Positions 14,073 to 25,900 of a stretch of DNA of 64,000 bases are shown piece after piece (within the stretch, counting starts at the first letter, position 1; each line of letters opens with the position of its first letter). The DNA comes from Vicugna vicugna (lineage: Eukaryota): the NCBI GenBank assembly GCA_013265495.1, contig MU058065.1, positions 62,001 through 126,000 of the forward strand. Reading direction: 5' to 3'. Made by a program: the position numbers and the translations under genes. The notes beneath the pieces were generated by a model, which made no database searches, was not told the origin of the DNA, and saw only the letters and a list, made by a program, of their open reading frames with translations.

Positions 14073-14617
14073 TGTAGGACAGCAGAACGCGCAATCCCAT
14101 AAGGCATACGGATTTTCTTGAGCTGAAGACAATTAAGAAAAGCAGATACAACTAAAGCTTTCTCCCCTCCTTCATCTGCTTAAAAGCGGGACATAAATTT
14201 GCAAAGGTATCCCCCTTGTCTACCAGGTAGAACAGAAGTTCAGCACCAGAGACAAGCTTACAACCAGCTCCCAAAAATCTACACGGCAAACCTTACTAAC
14301 CAGCCCTTATCTGCCACCAGTTCCCCCACCTATTTGCCTTCCTACTATTTGCTGCCCTAGAAACTCAAAGTCCTCTTCCTTTGCCTTGTCACTTCTCTAA
14401 AAATGTATTGTTCTCTTGTTAAAATGCTATACAAGCCCAAGTTCTAACCGTCTCTTCGAGTTTCTCATCACTGGGTACTTCCACTGTGTGCACGACACAT
14501 ATGCTAATAAGTTTGCCTGTTTTTCTCTTGTAAGTCTATCCTTTGTCAGTCCACCGGATAGGCCCCAGTGGAGAACCTAGGAATGCAGAAGGAAAAAACA
14601 ATGTTTCCTCTCCTACT
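14073..14617 (+). mobile_element. ERV1 solo LTR (MER39/MER34-like)
   Basis: Termini tgtagga...tcctac; internal aataagtttgcctgtttttctcttgtaagtctatcctttgtcagt and gaacctagg...agaaggaaaa resemble the MER39/34 3' part. Confidence 0.6.
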
Positions 14618-16049
14618 CAGTCTTGCCTGTGATCTGCAGTTCGAGCCTGTGCCTCCAGATTGGAGGGTGTGAATTTACCCTGTGACCTCGATTTTCTGAA
14701 GGATCTAAGAAAAGTCATTGATTTTCAGTTTGCTCAGGGTTCTTCTTGTTGTGACCCTCGGGCTGATGACTTCTGAGCTCCTTCCATGTCAGAGCTGAGG
14801 CAGGAAGTCAGCCCCCACTGCCTTTTAATAAGAGATACAACACTTCAACTACCCGAAAGAATTGGGAAGAATATTATTTGAGCATGAAGAATAATCTTTT
14901 CCTAAGAAAGTGCAGTTGGCCACTTCCATTAAACATACCAAAATGTATACGCATTTTGAAATATTTCAAATGTGGAAAATCTCAGGACATAAAACTTTTA
15001 CTCCACCAAATGTAATTATTTCTTGATACAAGTCAACTTGTAGATCTATATTTGAGTAGTACAAAGTAACGTTCAAGTACCCAATTTCTTTTAGTAATTG
15101 TCATCATAGCTTAAAAAACAACAAAAATCTGTTTTTAAAATCAAATTAAAAACAAAGAAGTAGCAACAGTCCCAATGTCATTTTTCTCATTTGGGGATAC
15201 ACTCCATATAAACAGAGAAGCTGAGGGACAAAAGCCCCTGTGCCTTCTCCGGCCTTCTCCCGCCAGGACCAGGAGCTGCCTGGCGAGGACTCTGGGAAGA
15301 AGGGGGTGGGGGTGGGGGATGTGGCGTGTGCCCTGCCTGGCACTCTTTCACCCTCTCAGGCCCTAACCTGCAATATAAGGTTCAATTTGAGAAGGAAGCC
15401 ACAGGGTGGCAAAAATATCTTTCCTACCTTTTAGAATTATTAGTCCAAAGGATCACTTTCTCAACTTTTAGCTCTTGTGTTTTGCCAAATCTCCAAAACC
15501 TGCACGGTCAGCTCATGTCACTTTGCCTTTGAAGAATGACTTTTGCAGAAATGCGCCTTTATGTTATGAGAGGCCTTGACACAGGTCCTACTCCCCCAAG
15601 GGACTGCCAGGAGGAAGCATCTTCGCATTGGTGTAAAACACCCTTCAGACTTACCGCTCCTTGTGCAAAGTCCCATCAGAGCTAGAAAAAGTTTCATTTC
15701 ACCTAATACACACATACGCTTTCTTCTGCCAAGAGCTACTCAGCCATTTGTTTGCTTCTTGTCCCCCGCCGCTTTACTACTCGCTTCTGTCTTTTCTAAA
15801 ACCGATACTTTCTGAAAATAGGCAAATAATGTACAAATATGGACCAAGATGAAAAATGTGAAGTCAGTTCAATTCAGAGGATAAGTCAGGGAAGCTTCCT
15901 CACCTGCACCAAGACTTTAAAAGAGAAAAAAAAATGGATAAAAGGAGGAAAGGTATTTTAAAGGAAGGAAATAGCACACATGCGCTGTGAGCCCAGAGAC
16001 AGGAAAAACATTAAATAGACTTGGCAAAGTTTAAGATCATTAGGCCAGT

Positions 16050-16620
16050 CAGTTCCACTACAGCGCTTGTTTTGAAACAAGCAAGTCTGTTCAAATGCAA
16101 TTAATATATCTGGGAACAATTTGAGCACAGTGCATCTGATGATGCACTATTTCATCAGCAAGAATCCCCGGGTGAATGCGGGAAACTGCATCCCTTGAAG
16201 CAAGCTGCACAGGAATTCACAAATGCCTGCCTTGGCACACCTCAAACATCCACCCGCCAGCTCAGTTCACTGCGTATTTTGTGAGTTACCTCCGACCACA
16301 TCTGCAGTCACGGCCTGACACCCAATCCAGCTTACCCTCCTGATGGTAACTCCCAAGCTGCAATCCGACAGCCGCTTCCACAGGCAAAGTTCAGGACTTT
16401 TTGAAAGTAAAGCGCCATATTTCTTACAGTAAGCACTTCTGTATTTCTATAACATTTAACACGTGTAAAACTATGCTACCATTATTTTTCCTCCTTTTTT
16501 TTTTTCTAATGTACCACTGACAAAGTTTTTGAGTGTTCTGCTCCTAAGACCATGTGCACCATGAGCTCTGTGGCTTTTACTTCATGATTTCTCATAGTAT
16601 GACGTCACTTCTAGCCGAGC
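16050..16620 (+). mobile_element. TcMar-Tigger DNA transposon remnant (Tigger13a-like)
   Basis: Start cagttccactacagcgcttgttttgaaacaagc...gggaacaatttgagcac resembles a Tigger terminus; family from memory. Confidence 0.5.
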
Positions 16621-19600
16621 TGACTACTCCTCTGGTCTAAAGCGTGTGGCAGGGAGGACCTGTACCCAGGGACTGCTGCTCATTAGCCATTGTTATCTCA
16701 CCTCCACTCTGTGTTTTACTCCTACCATCCCATTTGTTAACCAAAATCACCCAAGTTAGAGGCTCTCAATACTCAAATATTTACATACCACATGCTCTGA
16801 ACTTTCTCAGACAAATTTTAATAAGAGGAGGCAAATTCTCTTTCAATCTATCAAATATGCCCCTATTTTCCCCCTTAGGTCTCCTCCACCAAAAGTTGCT
16901 TTATCTTCCTTCACATGGAATTTAAAGCCTAGATTCATTTAGTTTTGGCATTTGCTGACTTGACTGTATGTCCTAAATGTGCCAAGGTTTCATGCCGGAT
17001 TATAATTATTGAAAGACACAGACAACACCTGTGTTTGGCCAGATGATTTTCATAAGAGATATCAGTATAATATTCAGTTTGAGTGTAATAGTTCCAGCAA
17101 AGTAAGAACCCAAGATCAGATGCTCTGACAACACATGCAGCTCAGTGAACCAACTGCATTTACATGCACTGTGCATGCTTCACTTCTAGACAGCATACAA
17201 GGTCAAACCGCTAACTGTCAGTTACAATAAGCTTCCAAACTTCTGGTCAATTACCTGGTTAATACCAAAAGACAAGGCTATGACATCATTACGGTTATAA
17301 TTAATTTACACAGATCAGCTTCCTGTTAATCAAATACATCTTTAAAAGCATTTAATTATTTTTCACCTACAAAGCAACTCTCAGCTTTGTTAAATGAAAA
17401 GCAAGCTTGCTGAACTCAACGTGAAAGGCTGTCAGGCTGCTCTAAGACACAAAGGACAAAAGCCTTCACAGGACACACTGCTGCAATACAGGAGCCACTG
17501 CCACGTTCACAGCAAACAGAAACAAAGATGACGGATAATACAAGACATCTGAACAGCTTCCGATCATAAAGAAGTTGTCCAGGAACTGGGGGTAAACAGA
17601 CAGGCTCTGGAAAAAGAAACACCACAGTGCTTTTTGTCAAAATGATATACAGGACCAGCAAAAGTAACGTATGCAGGACAGGACAGGGGTTAAGGGCATG
17701 ATCTCTGCTAAGAGCTCCACAGTACACCAGCGACATAACCTCAGCAAAGTTATTTAGCTGCTGGTTTCTGACCTGTGCAAGGAGATAATGCAGCCTCATC
17801 TGGTGTTGTGACAATTAGATGAGATTATACATAATCGTAAATTGGGAAATGATAGTGCTTTAACCCACATAAACACATGAATTAAAATAAGGCTTTTAAA
17901 TAGCTTTGAAGTGTTTTTATAACGTAGTAAACAATTAGCATTCTTCTGGGCTATCTATGATCCTACATTTTTAAACAGCATCATGTGATTTAATTACACG
18001 TTTTTTTTAAATAATAATATGATGGGGCATGTGAAGGGCACATGAAAATAGAAATATTTTTTAAACTAAATTTTATAATAAAATCTCAAACCACAGTTTT
18101 TGTCAAGATCATCTTTAAATTAGCATTAAATTTGAGAATTTAATGAGCCTCCATTTCAGGATTAAAAAAAACTATGTCAGATGGCAAAATTTTTATTTTT
18201 CTGTCTTTTTTAAAGTGTTAGTCTTCACAGAAATGATCAGATTATCTTCATACAGGAAAAATGAAACACTGGATTTTGTATATAATCTTGACTTTTGCTC
18301 CACAGTGAGGTGAATTAGTGTCAACTCCAATTCGGATCCATCACCACTTATGATTTCCAGGATCAATCATAAGCTGGTTCCTTCTCTCACAGACTACAAG
18401 TTTTAGTGTAATGAGGGCTCATTAAAGTTCCCCGACTGACAGCCCTTCAGACCTAGGTCCTTAAACCAAGAGGCACACAGGGAGCAGCCATGCCAGCACC
18501 CCACCATCACTCCCTTCGAGACGATTTAAGCAATTCCATTCTCACATTTGCTCTACACCAGACTTCTTTGTCTACCTAAAGGCAATTAAAAAAGTGATAG
18601 CCATAGCCCCATTTAAATTAACTTGTGTAGGAATTGTGAGTGAATTATTTACGTAACGGAAATCCTCCCAGCACAAGGACCAGTCAAGCGGGGAAAAGCA
18701 CGCCAGACTTCAGAGATGTTTATGTTCCACAAGCACACGGGACGTCCCCCAGTTACCAGGTGGTGGGACAGCTTGCACACCTCATTCTTTCAGTAGCAGG
18801 TGAGAGGTGGCTCTCACTCCCATCGGACCCCCACTTCTGGGGGGACCAGAAATCAAGGGTGCTTTTCACTGATTCAAGAATGACAGTGATCAGAGCTGGA
18901 ATAACAACTCTCTCCCTGGAATCTAAAACTCGTGCAGAGACACAAAGAGCAACAACGCCTCCATCTGATATTCAAAACATTAACTTAAAGAATTTTCCAG
19001 ATTTACCAAGGTCTACCTAAGCCTCAAGAGCTCAGCTAGCTGATGTCCTATGGTCGGGTTTTTCTGTAGATTTTCTGAGCTTATCCATATACTTCCAATA
19101 AACCTCTTGTTCTTGAATAAATTATATGGATAACTTAGTTAACTTAACTGTTTGTAGTCAAAGAACCCTACCCAGATATTAGGGCATTTGCCAAGGGCTG
19201 GCAGCAATCCTAGCTCATTTTAAGCATCACCAACTCTCATTTTTTACTGAGTACAACACTCTAGCTGATGGGAGGACCAAAACGTGTAGGGGATATTAAC
19301 AGCATCTCAAAGGTCTGCGACGGGCGTGCTATTCCCAAAGGAAGAGGCATGCACAGAGCTGAGGATGGGTAACTCCTGCATAAATAAGGCAAAATCCTCT
19401 TTCAGTCGTACACTTACTGTATAAACGGACACTGGATGAATAATGTTATCTCAAAAGGGAAAACTGATGGTCTAAAATTTTTCTACTTATACAAGGTTGA
19501 TGTTTTTAAAGAATACACCTAATTACTGCAGTGATTTTCAAAACACTGGACTCCCTTTGTTCGTCATTGAAAGTAAGACTAGCCTTCACGTTTAATAAAA

Positions 19601-19661
19601 TGTTATCACTTTATAAAAACTTATGACCAGAACTTCAGGACAATGAATCACTTAGATTCAC

Positions 19662-19785
19662 AGAAGGATAGAAGGAAGGAAGGGAGGGGAGGAAAGGAGA
19701 GAAAAAGGGAGAGGGAGAGACGGGAGGGAGGGAGGGGGAAGGAAGGAAGGAAGGAAAAAGAAAAAAGAAAAAACAGGAATAAGAG
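19662..19785. repeat. GA-rich polypurine low-complexity tract
   Basis: gaaggaaggaagggaggggaggaaaggagag...ggaaggaaggaaggaaaaagaaaaaagaaaa. Confidence 0.9.
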
Positions 19786-22700
19786 GCTTCTTTCAGTCTC
19801 ACAGCCTTCAGGAAAGAACATGGAAGTATCCTACATGCTTTTCCGTGGAACGCTATCCCCCACCTCACTTTTCACCGTCATGTAGTTCACTAACGGACGT
19901 AAATCTTCGTATCTGTCTAATCACGTACCCAGAGAAGAAAACCAATGGATGTGAAACTATAGCAATAAAAACATTAAGCACATAATTTTATGTATCACTG
20001 TCTATAGTCCATCATTTATTAAATATTTGAGCATCTACTAAGGGACAAGCTCCGTCCTTACAGGCAACCATGGCCTTGAGAGAGAAGCAGGCACACAAAC
20101 AGCATGGTAAAGACCTGTACCAGGGCTGTAACATAAAGGTGCATGGAGTGTTTGAAAAACAGCAAAAATAAGACGGAAGTTTGATATGGGGTGTGGGAGG
20201 GGAGAGAGAAAGAAAACACTGGAGCGGGCATTATCCTGTGGGTAATGGGGAGGAAGGGAGATGAAGTGACCCAGGAAATTCAGCCAAAGCAGTGGAGCCA
20301 TTTCACAAAAAGAAATGGACTTAAGTCATCACTTGGTGGACACACAGCTACAGTCTGAACACTGAGAAAGCTAAACGGTCCCTTATTAAAACAAAGTCAA
20401 CATCCCTTGGAAAGAGAAAGAAGCAGCCCTGAATACCTTGCGTGAAAGAAAGGACTTCCCCTCATGGGCAGCACATGCAATATTGTTCCCACTTCTGTTC
20501 AAACTTAGCATCACAACTGATTTATTACAATACACATCACTGTAAATTTCTGGTATCTGTAATATAAAAAGGGATCAAAATTTCTTTCCAAGTGTTGCCC
20601 AAGAGGCTTTTCTCAAGGGCAAAAAAAATCCAAAACTAGAAGTAGCTGCTAAGACACACACCCCCCAATATATTACTCATATGAAACTGAAGTCATTGTA
20701 ATACTTATCTACATTTCATTCATAACTATCTTGATATTGTGACTTTGGGTTAAAAATGCATAAGCAAGTTAACACCGTGGAGAAACAGCTGTTGGTGTAA
20801 TGACAGCATTCCCGGAGCTGAAGCCAGATTCGGGGTCAAATCCGGATGCCATCACTTACTAGTACGTGGCCTTGGACAAATCACATAATCAGTCCTGCTG
20901 AGCCTCGATTTCTTTATCCATGAATGAATAAAATTCCCCTTACTTCCTGGAGACATTGGGAAGAATAAATGAAACAGCAGATCATGTAAAAGCACACAGC
21001 ATAACAGCAAAGTTTGTTTTCCATTCTCCCTTCCTCTCCACAAACTAATGAGCGTTTTACCCCCATGGAACTAGACTTTATTGCTTTATAATTATGATGT
21101 GCATGTAACAATGTCCAAGAGAGGAGATGGTAAATAACACCAACATGCCAACCTGAACGCACATGTTGTTAGCTTGCTACCAGCTAGATCCCAAAGGGCT
21201 CTTACACACTGTCTATTGCTTCCCAGAAATGTGATACATTTTCTTCGGAATACAGCCAAAATCATCCACCGGCTTTGAAATATCACCATCATGATGCTGC
21301 ACAGAGTAGCTGGTTGATTGAACGTGACTGCCCCTCCCCCACACTCCAGCTGTCACCAAGATCCCACCCCTACGTGTGAAAAAAGACAATGTGATATTGC
21401 TACTCCTTTATTAATAACAAGCTAACAAATACTTGGCATTGGAAATTTTTTCTAAAGTTCACTATTAACTAAAAATTAACTCCTTAGGAAAAATCCTTTC
21501 CTTTATCGTAGAAACGCAAACCAGCTGCTTTCATACAACAAAAAAACCAAGGGACAGTAAACACAGGGCGTGTATTTCCACTGACTACTTGTTTCTTTTT
21601 CCTTGCGTTATCTGTAATGCTAAACAACAGCCAGTTAAAACACAAAATAGCTTTAACCAGGATACAGCTGTCACAGCTTAGAGGGATTTAAGAAAAACAA
21701 AACAAAACTTAGATGATTTCTCAAAAAAAATTGCATAGCTTCCTCTCTGTTTTTGTATAATACGAGTCAGATTGAAGGCTGGATTTTTTTTAAAAATAAT
21801 CACTCAACTTCTCTGCATTAGGAGCTACACATACGTTTGACATGGCTGAACACCCTGGGAGTTGTCTTCAAACTAGCTTGTGAATTCCACTCAGGAATTC
21901 CCAACACTCTTTTTCAGGTACAGCTCATCCCCTGAGGGTTTCTACCCTACAGATGAAGGGTCTGACACCCTGTGCCCTGGACTCCGAGGTGCCAGGGACA
22001 TGCCTTGGAGTGTCACTGCAGGGGGCTGAAGGTGAGCACCAACTGGCAGGGCCTGTGCCCTTTGACCTTTCTTCTCTTAAAGCCTCTCAACTCCTGAGCT
22101 TTACAGGTAAGATTCCGCAAACATGGTCCCCTGCTAAAATTATCTGAGGCCCCCTGCCTAGATGACTAGAACTGCAGCAGAAAAGGAAATTATCTCTTTA
22201 AGGCAATCTATCTTTAGAATGGTTTTTTAAAAGAATTTTGACATATACATGCACTTACCTAACTTAACTGTACAGGTTGTCTCCACCCCATATTTTAACT
22301 AGTAAACAAAATTATGACCTAGTATGACTCCTTTGAAGTAGTTTCTGGGCTCATATATTCATATGCAATATACACAAAAATACATGAAATTTTTGATCAT
22401 TTAAAAAATGGAGCATAAAACTTATCCCTTTGCTATCATTAAGCATCTGTATCAAAATATAATAATGATTTCAGCGCTAATAGCATTTTCTTATTCTTTG
22501 GTGCATGTTTTGAGCGAGGTCTCATCTCCTGTAACACAGTGCCCCCTTCTACAGCTGACTGTCCCGCTTAACTGAAGATAATCCAACAACCCCTGACCTT
22601 GACCTTCCAGTAAACACTCAAAACAATGTACAGAAGATGCTGTTACATGATAGAACTGCTGAGAGTTTTAACTTTCTCCAAGTGTTCACTTTCTCTCATT

Positions 22701-24229
22701 CACAATGACATGAAAGCTTTGACTATTCACTTCAGCATTTTGCTTAAAAAGAAAAGCAGCAAGCAGCACTGTTGGGTAATGACAAAATTATCTTAATTAT
22801 AAAAATATTACGGGGAAATGAATGAGATCAAGTTAGGTTTGAGGTGATAACCATCTTTTCTCCCCTGTGCAATGTGCACCAGTTGCTGAGTCTAACAGAC
22901 ATGCTTTGTACTTAATTTCATTCCATTTAATGCCCTTGGGTGGTCACACACGGTGTCACCTACTTTACAGAAGAGGAAATTCAGGTTGGGAATGTGTTAA
23001 CCTGTCTAATGGACAAGATCAGTACATTGCAGAGGCAGGGTTCAAAGCAGGGTCTGCTCCACCCAAAACCATCGCTACAGATCTGCCTCTTTGACACAGA
23101 GACCAAGAAAAATGTGGCCTTTGAAAAATGAATGCTTCATGATGGGGCAGTGCTAATTTAGTAGCAGTGATAACAAAATTATTTACAGAAGCTGATGTGC
23201 AAGCTGACTCATGTTTCTCTGAAAACTCTCTCGCCCATAATAACTTGTCCCAGGTCCTAAGTCTAGGAAACACTCAGGACCAGTGGACGCTAATTAATGT
23301 GCTAAGGCCACAGTGTGGCCCTGATTCTTCTCAGCACTGCCATGAGTCTAAGCTTTAGGGCGGCTGCTTCAACTCCCGAATATTTCTCTTTATCCCCCCA
23401 ACACTGACCCCCTGAAAAGGGAAGGAAAAAGACGACGGTCAACCCTGCAATTGACATTCTGTAAAAAAACAGCAGGTGGAGGGCACATCCAACTGAACTC
23501 CTGCAGTGCTTCCAGAAAACCGAGGCACGGAGAGTGTTTACGATGAGGCCTTCTTTGCTACTGTGGAGCTGTATGACATACGGGAGAGAAAGATAAGGAC
23601 AGAAACATCTTCAAGTCTTGTCTCATTTCCAACTCGCTACTCAATAGTACTCTAAGGCTAAGGCTGATCTCTGGTCAGTAATCCACCCTGCTTTCTTTAC
23701 CAAATTCTAGGTCAAGAGAAGGTATAATTAAGCTGAAGAGACCAAAAGGCCAAAGTTTTTTTTTAAAAAAACCACTTTTTTAACACAATTACTAATGCGG
23801 TTCTTAAAAACACTACAGCATTGTTATTAATTAGTACATATTGCTGTAACTTTTAACTAAATGTCCTATATCCAAAAATCTCAAATGTATACAACTGAGC
23901 ATCCATAAATAAATAAAATGCACACTAAGCAGAAGGGGCACAATATTCATGCACTACAACTCATATCTAACCCAGGAAAGAATCCTTCCTGCATAACCTA
24001 TGCCCTTATTTTATGCAGTTCTAACAAGTTACTCAATTATATTTCATCTTTGAGTGCTTTCTATGTGTGTTGATGTTAAATACTTTCCCTGTATTTTCAC
24101 ATTGAATTCTTTCAACCCTGTGAAGTAACCTTTAACTAACTTGCCCCAGGTCCTACACCTAGGAAATGCTTCAACTGAATTCAAATTCTATTCTCCAATG
24201 ACACAATGGCTGTTCTTTATCACTACGGC

Positions 24230-24408
24230 CAGTAATTCTCAAACTTCAGCACTCAGGTGCATGGGGACCAATTGAAAGTCTTGTTAAAACAGATTTCTGA
24301 TTCATTAAGCCTGGGCTAAGACTCCAAAATTTGCATTTCCAACAAGTTCCCAGGTGATGCTGATGCTGATGCTAGTAGTCCTGGACAATTCAGGAACCCA
24401 AAGCACTG
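24230..24408. mobile_element. hAT-Charlie MITE (MER5A-like)
   Basis: cagtaattctcaaactt...tttgcatttccaacaagttcccaggtgatgctgatgctg. Similar remnants near 39.45, 49.5 and 51.3-51.8 kb. Confidence 0.7.
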
Positions 24409-24949
24409 CTATTTTTCCAAAATTACTTGCTTTCCCAAGCTCTGCCACGCCAGCAGCAAATTAGAAGTTTTTAGGTTTAAAGATTATTAGAACTAGCAAA
24501 AAATGTCATCTAAATGTGAGACATTAGACAGATTTTTAAGAAGCAATTCCAAAGGACTGAAAAAAAAGCAGCAAAGTGTAGCTGTCAGAGTGAACTACCC
24601 ATTTCGATGACTAAATCATGACTATGCAATAATTTATTTTGATAGCAACGCTTAGCTTCTGCTCCATTTGGAAAAACATTATTTGTGCATGTGATCCGTT
24701 TTTGGAGAGATTTTTTTAAGGCCTGGATACAAAAGGGTTAAATACCCTTAGTGTATTTCCTGTTCCCTATTAAGAGAAGTATCACTACTTAGGTTAAGAC
24801 TGTTTTCCACACACTTGAGGGAAAGTTACTCTTTCAAGAGAAACCGAAAGTGCAAGCTGTTGGTGATGCAACGTCGCTTCAAACTCCCTGCCTTCAAAAG
24901 GAATCCTTCAAACCCCCCCCCCAGAGCCAGCCCCATCCTCCGAGCTTCT

Positions 24950-25900
24950 CCCTGTGCAGTCGACCTCAAGCAGAGACGGGGATGAAGACGATGGAACCCC
25001 CATAAAGTCGCTCCGGGAAACCCAGTCCCGGTTCTCCGACCGGACGAGATTCCCAGGATGCGGAGGCTGCGCCTCTAACCCCGCCCCGCCCCGGCCCCTG
25101 GGAGGGGCCCACCGCCGCCCCGCAGCCCCCGCCCCGCCGCCGGCGCCCGCGGCCCAGAGAAAAGGCCACAGACGCGGCTCAGAACGGACAACGGGAGCGG
25201 CGCCGAGCAGACGCGGAAACTCACGCTCTCTACGGCCCGCCTGCGTCCGTCCCCACGTCTTCGCAACCACGTGCGTCATCACGCACGGGCGCCCGCTCCC
25301 GGACGCTCCAGATCCCGAGGGGCGGGGAGAGCGTGTGATCCGCTTCGCGACGCGGCTGGCGTGGCCCCAGGTCGGGGCGGGGAGGGGGGGTGCCGTAAAG
25401 CGGGGTGGCGGGCAGCGGCGCATGCTCAGTTGCGCGCGCCCGCGCTCTTTTTCTCGCGGGCTGGGGGTGGGTCAAGACCGCGTGCGGTGGCGGTGGCTCG
25501 AAGGAGGCTCCGGGGACGCGACGGGGAAAGGACTGCGGCCGAGCGCGGTGTGGAGGGCTTGTGTCTTCGTCTCGTCCTCCAGGCTCTAAGTGACACGTAG
25601 CTAATAATAACAACACCTTTTTGCCTTAAGCTGGCCGCCCACCACCCGTAAACCTGCCTTCGAGGGGTTGCAGGTGGGGTGGAGAAGCGGCCAGTGGGCC
25701 CCGTCGCGGCTGAGAAACTTCTTTCCGGGCCCCAGCAGCGCCCCAGGCTCGTGGTCCGCGGCGTGGAGGAGTCATGTACTCTCTGTGAAGCGGATGGCGG
25801 GGGATACAGAAATCTTCATGAGTTATCAGATGGCAGGAGAGCTCCCCATCGCCGACCTCGGCCGAACCCGCGGTTACAAAGCAGGCCAGCAAAACAAGGT
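24950..25900 (-). promoter_or_regulatory. RHBDD1: RHBDD1 CpG-island promoter and probable non-coding exon 1
   Basis: Dense CpG and GC boxes; NRF1-like GCGCATGCTC 25418-25427; E-box CACGTG 25268-25273; minus-strand donor AGC|GTGAGT at 25225/25224. Confidence 0.85.
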
